Origin: Eledone cirrhosa
Taxonomy: Eukaryota
DNA: 64,000 nt
Assembly: GCA_964016885.1 (NCBI GenBank)
Contig: OZ024742.1
Location: 277,760,001 to 277,824,000, forward strand
Reading direction: 5' to 3'
Shown here: positions 41,465 through 57,422 of the stretch, in pieces
Position numbering within the stretch: the stretch's first letter is position 1
Layout of the letters: every line of letters begins with the position of its first letter
Position numbers and translations under genes: made by a program
The notes under the pieces: model-generated
The model's database searches: none
What the model saw: the letters and a program-made list of their open reading frames with translations, nothing else
Told to the model about the DNA's origin: nothing

Positions 41465-43029
41465 TATATGTATGCCTATCTATCTATGTATCAATCTATC
41501 TAGTTCTCCCCAGATTCTCTCTCTCTCTCTGCATATCTATATTATATATGTGTATCATATAAAACAACAGCAACACATAATCGTTAGAGCGACGTTCGAA
41601 ATGCAATGTGGTATATATTACATCTTGCGTTCTAACATCGAATCTCACCAATATCAACTCTGCCTTTCATCCTTCCATGCTAGATAGAAAAAGGTATTTA
41701 TCAAAGCTGATGAACAGGTGGATCGTTACAACGTTAGGCTTTATTTTATTTGTTCTAGCTCTTTGCATTCTGAGTTAAAATTTTGCCGAAGCGTACTTGG
41801 ATGGTAAAATTAGTTGGCCAACAGATTTCATACCCTCACCTGATTCTTGGGTGTCTTTAGTGGCGTTGAATCTGTTGCAAATATTCGGCCTAGATCTTCT
41901 CTCCCTCCCACAAATCTTGAAAGCCCTGAATAAAAGTGTTTATGAGACTGCCCACCCATCATACCTAATCAATAACAAAAATTCTAATGAGAACTGTATT
42001 CTCGGTTAGATATAGTAGAAAATACACCGCATCAATCCCATTTCGCTTCTAAGGTAAATTATTCTATACGAAAAAGTTATTCTTGGTATTATTTTTCGAA
42101 AACAGTCATTGGTGCACTTATCTGTTCAATGTAGATTTAATTAATCACCAAGTTCAACACCACCACATGGTCCCTGAGTCTTTTTAGTAACGTCCATCCT
42201 GCTGTAAACACTAGGTTTGGTTATACCTTCATCCCTAAAGCCTGTAAATACTCCCACAAGCCTTGGATGGTCTGAAAAGTGTTTTGGCCATAATTCTTCA
42301 CTCCTGCTTAACCGATAAAACACTGTATACCAGTAAATACAATCATCTTGCATAAGAAAAATTAAACTAAACTCAGCAATCATCGAAAACAGAGGCAAGC
42401 ACATTTATCTGTATCCACCGATCAATTTAATATTATCACCTGGACCTTGGTTAACTCCAACAGAGTCCACATTCGAGCCAGGTATTTGGTTTAAGGAAAC
42501 TTTTCTCTCATCCTATCAGTTTTCGAGCGTCTGAAATGGGTATATGGGTACTGTCATTCCCTCATATCTAAACAATAATAAAAGAGGCAATCCGAGACCT
42601 CTATACCCGGTTCATTACAGCAGGAAATACACCGCATCAACTCTCGTTCACTTTTCTACGAAAAAGCTATTCTTGGTTTTAATGCAATCATCTTGTATAA
42701 GAAGAAGAAGAAAAAAGAAGCCAAAAAATAACAAAAACACTGAACAAATTATCAAACCAGACCCAGGCACATTTATTTGTCTGTTCGTTCACGTTTTTGC
42801 TATGTATAAATCAGAAGAAATGTGATTAGCTAGGAGTTAGCTTCTTCAGCATTAATCTAATGATGTCGGCACTTTGACATTTTCAGTTCTACCTTGCAGC
42901 GTCATAAAAGAAGAAGAGATCCGTTTGAGAAATCCATTCCGTACGACCTTTCTTTTATAAGATACATCAAGATCACAAAACAAATGTCATATTACTGCTG
43001 CATTTTATCTTATTAGTGTCACTGACTTG

Positions 43030-45920
<2,891 letters not shown>

Positions 45921-46273
45921 GACCTTATGCGTGTACATCTAAGTATACTTGTGCTTGTATGTGACATAATAAGTATGGTGAAATATAAACCTGTTTTATA
46001 TATAAAACAAACAAACCTGACCAATGAGGCACTTTATAACGTTATTATGTAATAAATGTTATATTCAAAATATACGTATCTCTGTATGCGTATATGTATG
46101 TGTGTAGATGTACATATATGTTTATATACATAAAGGCGTGTCCATGTGCATGTGTATGTACGCATGTATGTATATATGTTTGTATATATGTATATATGTA
46201 TGCATGCATGTAAGCATGCATGTATGTATGTATGTATGTATGTATGTATGTATGTATGTATGTATGTATGTAT

Positions 46274-46851
46274 GTCACCAGTTGGTGCTACTGGTAACAT
46301 GTATCCCAGTACAACCTGTACAACCTGTCCCATGGTCGGGTCGTTGGCGACTAAACTGGCAATCCCAACAAGGTTTCTTGGTGAGGAGGGTGACTTTGGA
46401 CATCCTGCAGGACTAAAAACTAAACCTGTCAAAGGGCAAAGGAGCTCTTAAAGATGACCCCTTAGCCTTTGTCAAGGCAGAATACTAGGAGAAGGAAAAC
46501 TCTGATATAACACCTGCAACCCTGATGGTATCCAAAGATGTTGACTTGTTCTTCCTTTTGGTAAATATTGTCTTGGTTAAGAGAGAGGGACTGGCTTTGT
46601 GCAGTGCCTTTGCTCACTATAAAAGCTTCAGGGCACAGGCATTGCTTTATATCTGGAGATCTCTCTGCACTTGTCGTCACATGGTACCATGGGCTCAGCA
46701 CTAAGTGTCAATAATTGTCACAAGTGTAGTGTTTGTACCAGTTTTCAAGTCGCTGGCTGGACTAAAAAGTGACACCCGTTCAGCGCATCGGTAGGGGTTC
46801 TCCTACATGGATATAAAGTAGTGGCCGTACTCTAAGACGAGTTGGCAGCCT
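46274..46851 (+). mobile_element. Bipartite non-autonomous RTE-derived element, copy A
   Basis: ctaggagaaggaaaactctga (recalled as an RTE 5' UTR motif) joined to an RTE-like C-terminal C2H2 segment and 3' end; flanked by (TATG)n. Confidence 0.75.
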
Positions 46852-46874
46852 GTATGTATATATATATGTTTATA

Positions 46875-47137
46875 TCGGAGTTATCCCAGTTTCCTGAGTT
46901 GTCTTCTCCTAGAAGAATGCCCTGGCAAAGGCTCAGCAGTTACCGATGATGTTGATCTTTTCTTCTTTTCGGGTTATAGCTACTGTCGCTCAGAGAGTGG
47001 GATTGGCTCAGTGCACAGTCTTTCCTCACTTTAAAAAGAATCTTCACACACAAGCATTGCACGATAGAATTAATTAATAATTATTAATAATGTTATATCG
47101 TGCAATGGCCATACTCGATAACGAGGGGGCAGCCATC
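46875..47137 (+). mobile_element. Diverged relative of the RTE-derived element with inverted 5' segment
   Basis: 46945-47060 aligns to 46535-46645; 46897-46935 is the reverse complement of agcctttg..ctaggagaag; 3' end tggccatactcgataacgagggggcagcc. Confidence 0.6.
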
Positions 47138-47156
47138 ATGTATGTATGTATGTACG

Positions 47157-49009
47157 TTTTCTCTTTCTCTTAATTTCGAGTATATTTTTTTGACCGGCCA
47201 CCTTCCTGGTGGCAAGGTTGTAAAAGAAAGGAAATTGTCATCCCTTGAATCGCAAGAATGTTTTGCAAATTTTGAAGGTGCCAGCTATCGCAGCCATTTG
47301 CAGACTATGAATTAGGGAGCTGCGCTTTTTGTCCGCAAATCCAAGTTCAGTCATACTTTGGTCCAAGCGGGTTGGTATATAACCCGTAGCACCAATAATG
47401 ATGGGTATGAAGCTAAAGGTGTATCTTGGATACTGGATTTGTAAACTCCTCATCAATGGTCCGTAGATGTCCTCCTTCTCCTGTATTTTTCTGACAACGT
47501 TTACATCAAGTGGGCAGCTGATCTCCACAACAGAACACGTTTTCAATGTGTGGTCCCAAACAACAATATCAGGCCGGTTGTGCTTTAATTTGGTGGCAGT
47601 TTTTATTTTCAGGTTCCACCAGTATTCCTTAGTGCCATCTGTCTCAATATATTCTTCCACGTTTGTTGTTAATTTTGTTTTCCGAAGTGCGTTCCAGATG
47701 GTTCTAGCTATCCCATCGTGTCTCATGGGGAGGTAGTAGCGAGATGACATTCTTTCGCAGCTGGCAACAATGTGGCTTACATCCTCGATCTTTGTTTTAC
47801 ATAGCCTACATTTATTGTCAGCTGCTGGCCCTCCTCTTTTGTGCAGCAGATATTTGGTAGGGAGTTCTTGTTCCTGTATTGCATAGAGATATCCCTCAAG
47901 GTGTGATGTCATAAACTTGTCGGAACTCCATGCCAGGCTTTTTGAGTGGTTTATCCCCTCTATGGTCTGTGTTTTACGCCTCAAGTATCCATGCACAACT
48001 TTTTCTGTAAATTGGTCAATTTTCTTATCTTGTTTGAACATTGAATAGGATCTTCCGATTTCTCTGGGTGAGAGATTTATATCAGGCTTTATTCCATATC
48101 TCTCCTCCAGATCAGTCGCTATTCTAATGATATTTCTTTTTTCATGCTCATAAACCTGGGCAAGATGGTTGCCAACCTTTTTCCTCTGTTGAAGGTGTTG
48201 CTTCAGTGTTACTATCCGGGTCTCATATGTTGTTAATATTGATTTTAGACCCCGGCCACCTTCCTTGCGTGAGAAGTATAGCCTATCCACATCACCATTG
48301 ATGTTAAAGTTACCAGTAACACTGAGAAGTTTTCGAGTTCTAACATCCATCTCACTTAGTTCTTGCAACGACCAGTTCAGCAGGCCAAATGTTGGCGTTA
48401 GAATTGGCACAGCATAAGTATTGTGGGCAATGTATTTGTTGTATGCTGACAGTTCTGATGACCATATTTTCTTTACTCTTCTGAGGTATTCAGTTCTGGT
48501 TCTCTCCTTATTTATGGGTCCATCATATCTGACATTCTCATCCTGTCCAAGATATCTGTAGTTGTCACCTGACTGCAGAGGTTGTATTGTCAGGCCGTTC
48601 ATCTCTAGATTTCTGGAGGAGAGCACAGCTCTTCCACGTTTTACTGCCAAATATGCACACTTGGACTCACCAAATTTCATTTTGATGTCGGTTGAAAATT
48701 GTGTAATGAGGTCCAATTGTTTCTTGATGTCATTGATATTTGGCCCATACAACTTCAGGTCATCAACAAAGAAAAGATGGGAGATACTTCTGGGCCCACT
48801 TCTTTGTCCACCTTGTTTCCTGAGTAGGTAAGATAGTGGATTCAGTGAGAGAACGAAGAGTAGCACTGACAAGCTATCACCCTGAAAGATGCCCTTCTGG
48901 TAATGTATCTTATCAGTCTTAACCTGCTCCTTCTCACCTCTAAGGATCAAATTGGTGTACCAGTTCTTGGTCAGGCGTTCAACAGCAGCTACCAATGGTT
49001 GTGGGACTT
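47157..49009 (-). mobile_element. 5'-truncated R4/Dong-clade non-LTR retrotransposon; open frame 49007-47238 (589 aa: RT, CCHC, RLE)
   Basis: GIFQGDSLS, HLFFVDDLKLY, RLYFSRKEGGRGL, AIQEQ, CRLC..HIVASC, RHD, RPDIVVWD..EISCP, IPIIIGATG; (TATG)n on both sides. Confidence 0.92.
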
Positions 49010-49229
49010 GTATGTATGTATGTATGTATGTATGTATGTATGTATGTATGTATGTATGTATGTATGTATGTATGTATGTATGCATGCATGTATGTAAGCA
49101 TGTATGTATGTACGTAAGTATGGATATATGTATGTATGTGTGTATGTATGCATGTAAGTATGTACATAAGTATGTATGTATGTTGGTATATATGCATTAT
49201 ATATGTATGTATGTACGTATGTATATAAG

Positions 49230-49836
49230 TCAGGTCCCCAGTTGGTGCTACTGGTAACATGTATCCCAGTACAACCTGTCTCATGGTCGGGTCGTTGGCG
49301 ACTAAACTGGCAACCCCACCAAGGTTTCTTGGTGAGGAAGGTGACTTTGGACATCCTCCAGGACTAAAAACAAAACCTGTCAAACGGCAAAGGAGTTCTT
49401 AAGAGTCAATGGCCATCCAAAATCACCGGGAGAGATGACCCCTTAGCCTTTGTCAAGGCAGAATTCTAGGAGAAGGAAAACTCTGATATAACACCTGCAA
49501 CCCTGATGGTATCCAATGATGTTGACTTGTTCTTCTTTTTGGTAAATATCATCTTGATTAAGAGAGTGGGACTGGCTTTGTGCAGTGCCTTTTCTCACTA
49601 TAAAAGCTTCACGGCACAGGCATTGCTTTATATCTGGAGATCTCTCTGCACTTGTCGTCACATGGTACCATGGGCCCAGCACTGTGTCAATAATTGTCAC
49701 AAGTGTAGTGTTTGTACCAGAGTTTTCAAGTCGCTGGCTGGACTAAAAAGTCACACTCGTTCAGCGCATCGGTAGGGGTTCTCCTACATGGATATAAAGT
49801 AGTGGCCGTACTCGAAAACGAGTTGGCAGCCACCAT
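49230..49836 (+). mobile_element. Bipartite RTE-derived element, copy B
   Basis: Highly similar to copy A; encodes HKCSVCTRVFKSLAGLKSHTRSAHR-stop. Confidence 0.78.
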
Positions 49837-50639
49837 GTTGGTATATATACATTATGTATGTATGTATGTCTTTATGTACATATGTATTTATGTATGTTTG
49901 TACGCATATATGTATGCATGTATATGTATGTATGTAAGTATCTATGTATATATATATATGTATGTATGCATGTTTGTATGTATCTGTGTGTGCGTGTGCA
50001 TGCGTATGTATGAGTATGTGTGACTTCATGTCTACATATGTGTGTATGCGCATATGTATGTGTCTGTATGTATGTTTGCGTATGTTCTGTGTGTATGTAT
50101 GTGTAGGCATGCATGTTTATGCATGTATGTATGCGTATGTGTGTGTATGTATGCGTATGCGTGTGTATGTGTATGTATGGGTACGTGTGTATATGTGTGT
50201 GTAGGTATGTATGCATGTGTATGTCGGTATAGGAAGAGAATGCCCTTTATTTCCAACGCTAATTTTCCTCTGTAGCTCGGATATACGCTCAGTGAAAGCC
50301 GTGATTGTGACTAACTTTCCATATTCGATGAAACACTTTACCATCGACTCTCCACTTGTTAATCTGTCATAGAATGCGACGATTGTCTAATCTAACACTA
50401 ATGTGTTTGTAATAAATGTTTCCCGCTTATGTATTGTTTGTAGTGAACACCTTGTGCTGTTATCTCTGTGACGTGCCTGTATTCCGAACGTATATACATC
50501 TTCTATTTCTTTTTTAATTTCTCAGTCTTCAGATGAAAGACCACCGTTAAGATACTTTTCCTACTATATCAAGCGTCACATTAATGATATATTTCTTCTT
50601 TGTACTGCGTCGTTTGCTTTGTTATTTCTGTTTGCCTTT

Positions 50640-50815
<176 letters not shown>

Positions 50816-50817
50816 TG

Positions 50818-51005
50818 TATAGGAAAAGAGTCAGGACCCCCGATGCCTGAGATCCGGCCGTTTCGACAGCTAGAACAGGATCTTGCACCGAATCGACCGG
50901 AGCTCAGCCGTCGGGTCCTGACTCTTTCCCTATTACCTACTCTACTACCCTAAGTATCGAGTGCGTTGTGGTCCACCTGGTATCTTACCATACCTTCTTT
51001 GTTAT
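50818..51005. mobile_element. Degenerate fold-back pLTR fragment (family 1 relative)
   Basis: aaagagtcaggaccc / gggtcctgactcttt inverted arms plus family 1 tail, in (TA)n. Confidence 0.75.
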
Positions 51006-51152
51006 ATATATATAACAATGATAGTGAGTAAAATCGAAGTTGGCAGCTGCGACTAACATCTTTGGAATACAATTCTCAGAAGCTGGCACAATCACTCAAT
51101 GGGATGTATTATAGCTCATAGTAATAATCATACGTTAAAGGTGTGGCAAATA

Positions 51153-51201
<49 letters not shown>

Positions 51202-51346
51202 GTTATGTAATAAACAACATAAGATAATTATTTCAGTTACCAGTGGTTTCAAGATGTTATGTCTGTCTTCAGTCGTCAGAGTGAATAAATAACATGTTAA
51301 TTTTATTAAATATGGATTTGAAAAAAAACTATATATATATATATAT

Positions 51347-51745
51347 ATGGTGGCTGCCAACTCGTTTTCGAGTAAGGCCACTACTTTATATCCATTTAGG
51401 AGAACCCCTACCGATGCGCTGAACGAGTGTGACTTTTTAGTCCAGCCAGCGACTTGAAAACTCTGGTACAAACACTACACTTGTGACGATTATTGACAGT
51501 GCTGGGCCCATGGTACCATGTGACGACAAGTGCAGAGAGATCTCCAGATATAAAGCAATGCCTGTGCCATGAAGCTTTTATAGTGAGCAAAGGCACTGCA
51601 CAAAGCGAGTCCCACTCTCCGAACCAAGATGATATTTACCAAAAAGAAGAACAAGTCAACATCATTGGATACCATCAGGGTTGCAGGTGTTATATCAGAG
51701 TTTTCCTTCTCCAAGAATTCTGCCTTGACAAAGGCTAAGGGGTCA
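51347..51745 (-). mobile_element. Bipartite RTE-derived element, copy C (5' truncated)
   Basis: Reverse complement of 49436-49836. Confidence 0.8.
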
Positions 51746-51903
51746 TACATATATTCTACTTCTTTAATTTCTTAGTCTATCTTCTGATGAAGGACTAGCA
51801 TCTGAAACATTAAGGCTCCTTATCTACTATATCAAGCGTAAAACTAATAATATATTTCTTCAATGTACTGTGCCGTTTGCTTTGTTATTTCTGTTTGCCT
51901 TCT

Positions 51904-51998
<95 letters not shown>

Positions 51999-52002
51999 CA
52001 TA

Positions 52003-52249
<247 letters not shown>

Positions 52250-52696
52250 AACGAGCTTATCCATGCACTTCTGAGTGTAATATTGTAGTTTGATTTCGTG
52301 GATGATCAAACCTGTTCTGAGTCTAGCCAGCATCGATGCTTCCGAATAACATCTCTGTTTATCAATCAGCTGGTGCAAACGCACTAACGTCCGCACATGT
52401 GCTAACAAAATTGCCTTTTACACTCGTTAACTAGTACAGCTATTTTCTCACCAGCTGTGTAACTCCCAGGCATTCTGCCGTCAATAGACATGCCTACGTT
52501 ACCTTTCGAACCAATCAGTGACTTAGATTGATGCTATATATACGAGTGTTGTTAAGTTATTTAGGTGGTCGAATTGGCTTCGATCTAGCATATGGCTGCA
52601 ACACCAGGGTCATTGTTGCCTACTGACAGTGTTGCCAACTTATTGTTTTACAGCAAACATAGCGACGATGGACAGTTATAGCTTTTACCAGGCAAC

Positions 52697-53190
52697 TATA
52701 ATAATAATAATGAAAATTATTGTACAGTGCTCAGTTGCACTACAACTCATCAAAGGTACATGTATAGTACACAGAATAATGAACAAATGTCAGGAAAGTG
52801 AACAGTGTATGGGTCATGATATACATGCGTGCGTGTGTATGGAGGTGGAATATCAGGTGTAGTGTTGGCGAATTTCGGGGAGCATGAATGTCTTGAAGGA
52901 TGCAGTGTCTCGGCAGCTAACAACTGATCCAGGTAGTTTATTCCAGCTTCAGCAACTCGGAGCGTGAAAAAAACCTTTCCAAAAGTCATCGGAGCTGTGC
53001 TGTTTTCTGATTTTGTAAGCATGTCCACAGGTGTTAGACATATGGAATTGAAAAAAAGTGCTCCGGGTTGTTGTTGGCAAGATGGTTAATAAATTTATGA
53101 GTATCTACCAAGTCAGTTGCCAGGCGTCGGAGTTTTAATGTATCCATGCCTAGGGAAGCAAGGCGTTGAGAGTATGGTAGATGTCTGAGC
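52697..53190 (-). mobile_element. CR1 LINE 3' fragment
   Basis: LPYSQRLASLGMDTLKLRRLATDL, TCGHAYKIRK, WNKLPGSVVS..SFKT, (ATT)n tail. Confidence 0.8.
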
Positions 53191-53494
53191 TCTAGTAAAT
53201 AGCTCAATGTGTTCACACTAAAAACAAACGTGATTTTAACCCTGTTACTCTAACACTAACTCAGCACCACCAACTTTACTCTCACACCTCCAACTAGTAA
53301 GGTTGCTGCCATTCTTGCAGAAAAAACCACCGGGACTATTGCCGATCGTCTTTTATTAACAATTCAAGTTACATTCTATTGCATCATCATGCTTCAGAAG
53401 TCTTCTTTCACCAGGTCACAGGAATTAAGCTGAATGAATATACAATACAGTAACACAGATCTCTGAAGCACCATGTATGCTTCTTTCGCTAGAG

Positions 53495-53662
53495 CAGCGG
53501 TTCCCAGAGTGGGTTCCGCAAACAAGTGTCTGGGGTTCTGTGAAAAAATGGTAGAAGGGCATATTTATAATATGACCATATAACAGTATTAGACTTTGAG
53601 GTTCCCCAAAAAGTTTCTGAGCCAAAAAGGGTTCCTCGTTTGAAAAGGTTTGGGAAACCCTG
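53495..53662. mobile_element. hAT (Charlie-like) MITE
   Basis: TIRs CAGCGGTTCCCA / TGGGAAACCCTG; 8-bp TSD cgctagag / ccctagag. Confidence 0.82.
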
Positions 53663-54094
53663 CCCTAGAGTATACGAAGGTAACACTCACCCATACACTA
53701 ATATGTGTTATGTCATTATGTATAAACTAATACACTGCAACAGTGCAAACAATATAATCTGAACAAACGGAAGTGAGCACACGTAATGGAACAAGAATCT
53801 TTTAAGAACCAACAATCTAACACGCTAACTCGGACTGTGAACTTTTAACTCCAGCTTTGACTATCAACACACGACCTGTAGAAATGTACCAACTCGCCCA
53901 CTTACTTAAGCTGCTACTATTTATATGTAGTGGTCCAGCCCATTCTCGCCAGGGGGCGTCGTACTCTCGCAAAACAATATATATATATTTCCCCCCCGCG
54001 CGCGCGCACACACACATATATATATAGATATATACATATATGTGTGTGAGGTGTTTGCAGTGTGTGTAGAGTGTGCAGTGAGTGTGATGTGGTG

Positions 54095-54244
<150 letters not shown>

Positions 54245-54936
54245 ATTTGTATGCGTGTATATACGATAATACCTGTTAATTTTCATGTCTGAGACATTCA
54301 CTTGTGATATTCATTCATTTGAGATTTTTTGTAACATTTTTCTAATTAGGTGTATATTATATCTGTTCTATATTTTACTGCTGTGGAAGTCGAAATTTCA
54401 TATTATATGTACTATTGTGAATGGTCAGTATGGATTGCAGCAAAATTATTGATGTGTTGACCAGCAAGGAATGTAAATAAAACGCTCGGTAAACTGTTTA
54501 AAGTTATGTTGCAGTTTTGCTTATCATGGACTGAATTTATTAATTTTCTAGGCGTTCTTCACAGTCTTCTGTATTTGGTTAAAGTAAAATCCAACACCCA
54601 TATAATGGACATGCTGTTGTATCAGCTTTCTAGATGTCTTTTTCTTTCTACCAACACTGTCAATCTAATAATATATTCATCAAACTGAGATAGTGTACCA
54701 ACAGAAGCAGTGAAGCGCTAGACTAATTAATATATAACAAAAATGTGTCTAATACCCTGACGTTCCATGCTTATTAACCTCATCAGTGTCGATGTTACCT
54801 TACAGCAATCCAAAGATCGATAAAATATAAACCAATAATATATTGCTTCAACTTCAATCAACAGCCCTTTCAAAAGGTTGGTTTTGTGACTATTATGAAT
54901 GAAACATATTTGGATCTATCTATCCCCACCTCTCTC

Positions 54937-54995
<59 letters not shown>

Positions 54996-55172
54996 GTATA
55001 ATAGAAAAAAAAACGAGGAAGTTTCGTTTGTATATAAAAAATATTTATTGTATTTCGACCTGTTACGCACGTTTTGCAGGGGATTGCCTCAAGTTAACCC
55101 ATGGGAGTTATGGACCCGACTCCAGTATCGATCTGCTCATCAGACTGGTGATGTGACAAAAAAAATTTATAC

Positions 55173-55252
<80 letters not shown>

Positions 55253-55321
55253 GTATATATATATTTATATATATATATAAATATATATATAAGTGGTTAC
55301 ACAACAGTTAGTTCACGATAC

Positions 55322-55359
55322 CGAGAACAATTGTTTCACATTAGCGGATCATCAGCTCG
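55322..55359 (-). ncRNA. Minimal hammerhead in the inverted pLTR (weak stem II)
   Basis: cgag-CTGATGA-tccgctaatgt-GAAA-caattg-TT-ctcg; palindromic CAATTG. Confidence 0.7.
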
Positions 55360-57064
55360 TAATGGACATGGTTATACGGAACAGGAAGGACAACCGTATG
55401 AACGCGCATGCGCAGAACGCAATACTAAATTGCGTGCGAGAGGTGTAAGGGAGACAACATAGTTAAGACCGTTAGGACCAAGTCCAACCTGTCCCAGTGG
55501 GAGAACAGCGACTCCGTAATTAAGTGGTTTAACAGTTTGACATTGTTGATTTTTAGCCGTCGATCTCTGAGACCCTGTTAAACAAAGCGTTGGACTTCGC
55601 TACCACTTACACTACCATCCATGGTTTAGACAGGAAAATCATCTCTCACTGCCGGAAAACCCTCCTCTTCAACGACGGAGTAGCCTGGGCAAAGAAGTCA
55701 ACAACTTCAGACCTATTCGACGTCTCCATGGGATCGTTTGACAGTGCTGACGTATGCGACTAGGTTGGTTTATTTATTTTAGACATATTACATGTTAGAT
55801 TCCCGGACTTCCACACGGGAATATACCGCGACGATGAACTGACAATATCGAGCCATAAAAGTGGTCACAACCTCGACCGGTTTAAAAAAGACTTAGCTTC
55901 TACCTTCAATGAGTTAGGACTTAGGATAACGGTAGCTACCACCAACCTCTCTAGCGTAGATTTCTTAGACATTAATTTAGACCTTCGCACACACACCTAC
56001 AGACCCTTCCATAAGCTTAACGAAAAACTCAATTAGATTCACAAGGACTCATGCCACCCTCCCACTGTTTTTAGGAACTTCGTAAGTAATATCAGTACTA
56101 GAATCTCTAGAATAAGGCTATCTTTGACATGGCGGCACCCTACTATAACACGGCGTTAGCTAACAGCGGCTTCTCGCAACCTGTCACTTACTCACCCACT
56201 ATCAACAACAGCAATAAGAAAATAAAGCGTAACAATAGACAAACTATCTGGTTCTCTCCTCCCTTATTACTCAACGTTAAAACCAATGTAAGCAAACAAT
56301 TTCTAGCCCTCTTAGATAGACTCTTTCCCATAGGTCATAAATACCGTTCCATCTTTGACCGACACAAAGTAAAACTAGGATACTCCTGCGCTAAGAACAT
56401 GAAGGCCCACATCACCAACATCCCTAGGAGCAACATCCCACCAGGGTGCTCTTGCCGTAAGCCCGCAGCTTGTCCCCTTCAACAGCATTGCAACACACCC
56501 GCTGTAGTTTATGAAGCTGTGGTCACTTCCAACCGACCAAATCAACAACAGGAGGTCAAATCCTATGCGGGTATGGCGGAGTGCCGATTTAAGGAACGCT
56601 TCCTGAACCACCAGTCGACCTTTAGGTACCCGGACAGACGTTCATCCACGAAACTCGCGAGCCTCGTATGGTCCCTCAAGGACTCAAGCATAGACTACTC
56701 CATTCAATGGAAAGCCATCACTAAGTCCAAGCCATACGCAAGGGGAAATCCGTCGTGTGGACAATGTATTGATGAATGAATAAATATTTTAAAGAGATTA
56801 CGCAATAGCGATTGCCTAAACTCAAGAAATGAATTCTTCACACGTTGTCCACACGTCTGGAAACACCTCTTACATAACTACAAAGCTCTGGATTGAATTA
56901 CAACAACATCCTAATTTTCTTATTAACTAGAAACTTTAGGACTTTCGCAGTTTTCTCCCTTACACCTCTCGCACGCAATTTAGTATTGCCTGAGGAAAGT
57001 GACCGTTTCTGCGCATGCGCGTTCGTACGGTTGTCCTTCCTGTTCCGTATAACCATGTCCATTA

Positions 57065-57102
57065 CGAGCTGAGGATCCGCTAAGCTGAAACAATTTTTCT
57101 CG
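57065..57102 (+). ncRNA. Minimal hammerhead in the 3' pLTR (degenerate)
   Basis: cgag-CTGAGGA-tccgctaagct-GAAA-caattt-TT-ctcg. Confidence 0.6.
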
Positions 57103-57202
57103 GTATGGTGAACTAACTGTTGTGTAACCACTTCTACCAAACTCGTCCCATGGACTGAGTGCTCTACCACTATGGATATTACCTTCCAGTGTTCTACCAC
57201 TA

Positions 57203-57238
<36 letters not shown>

Positions 57239-57328
57239 CCATATATACTATATATATTTATATATATATATATATATATACCATATATACTATATATATA
57301 TATATATATATATATAGGAACCAGTAAG

Positions 57329-57422
57329 ACCCCGACAGCTGAGCTCAAGCCGTTTCGACGGCTAATTCTGGACTAAATGAACATTTATCCTGGTATTTAA
57401 ATAGCCGATCTTCTCAAGGGGT
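57329..57422 (-). ncRNA. Type I hammerhead, U3-A8 variant (mirror copy)
   Basis: Reverse complement of 59140-59233. Confidence 0.78.

Larger units (their letters stand above)
55291..57203 (+). mobile_element. Penelope-like element (family 3): inverted 5' pLTR, truncated RT + GIY-YIG, 3' pLTR with tail
   Basis: QWENSDSVIKWF, FDVSMGSFDSADVC, GIYRDD, VDFLDINLDL, VVYEA..SYAGMAECRFKER; 55291-55454 is inverted relative to 56954-57133. Confidence 0.92.

Noticed and set aside
49008-49085. ATG start for the 615-aa R4 ORF
   Set aside because: The first 26 codons come from the (CATA)n flank; the element is 5' truncated.
49235-49320. HDV-like or twister ribozyme assignment for the RTE head
   Set aside because: CTAA followed by a P2-like arm is present, but P1 cannot be formed; the twister L4 motif is absent.
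49506-49775. C2H2 zinc-finger host gene
   Set aside because: Single finger inside a three-copy repeat; matches an RTE ORF C-terminus.
54750-54792. Minus-strand CTGATGA..GGAA string
   Set aside because: No consistent stems I-III.
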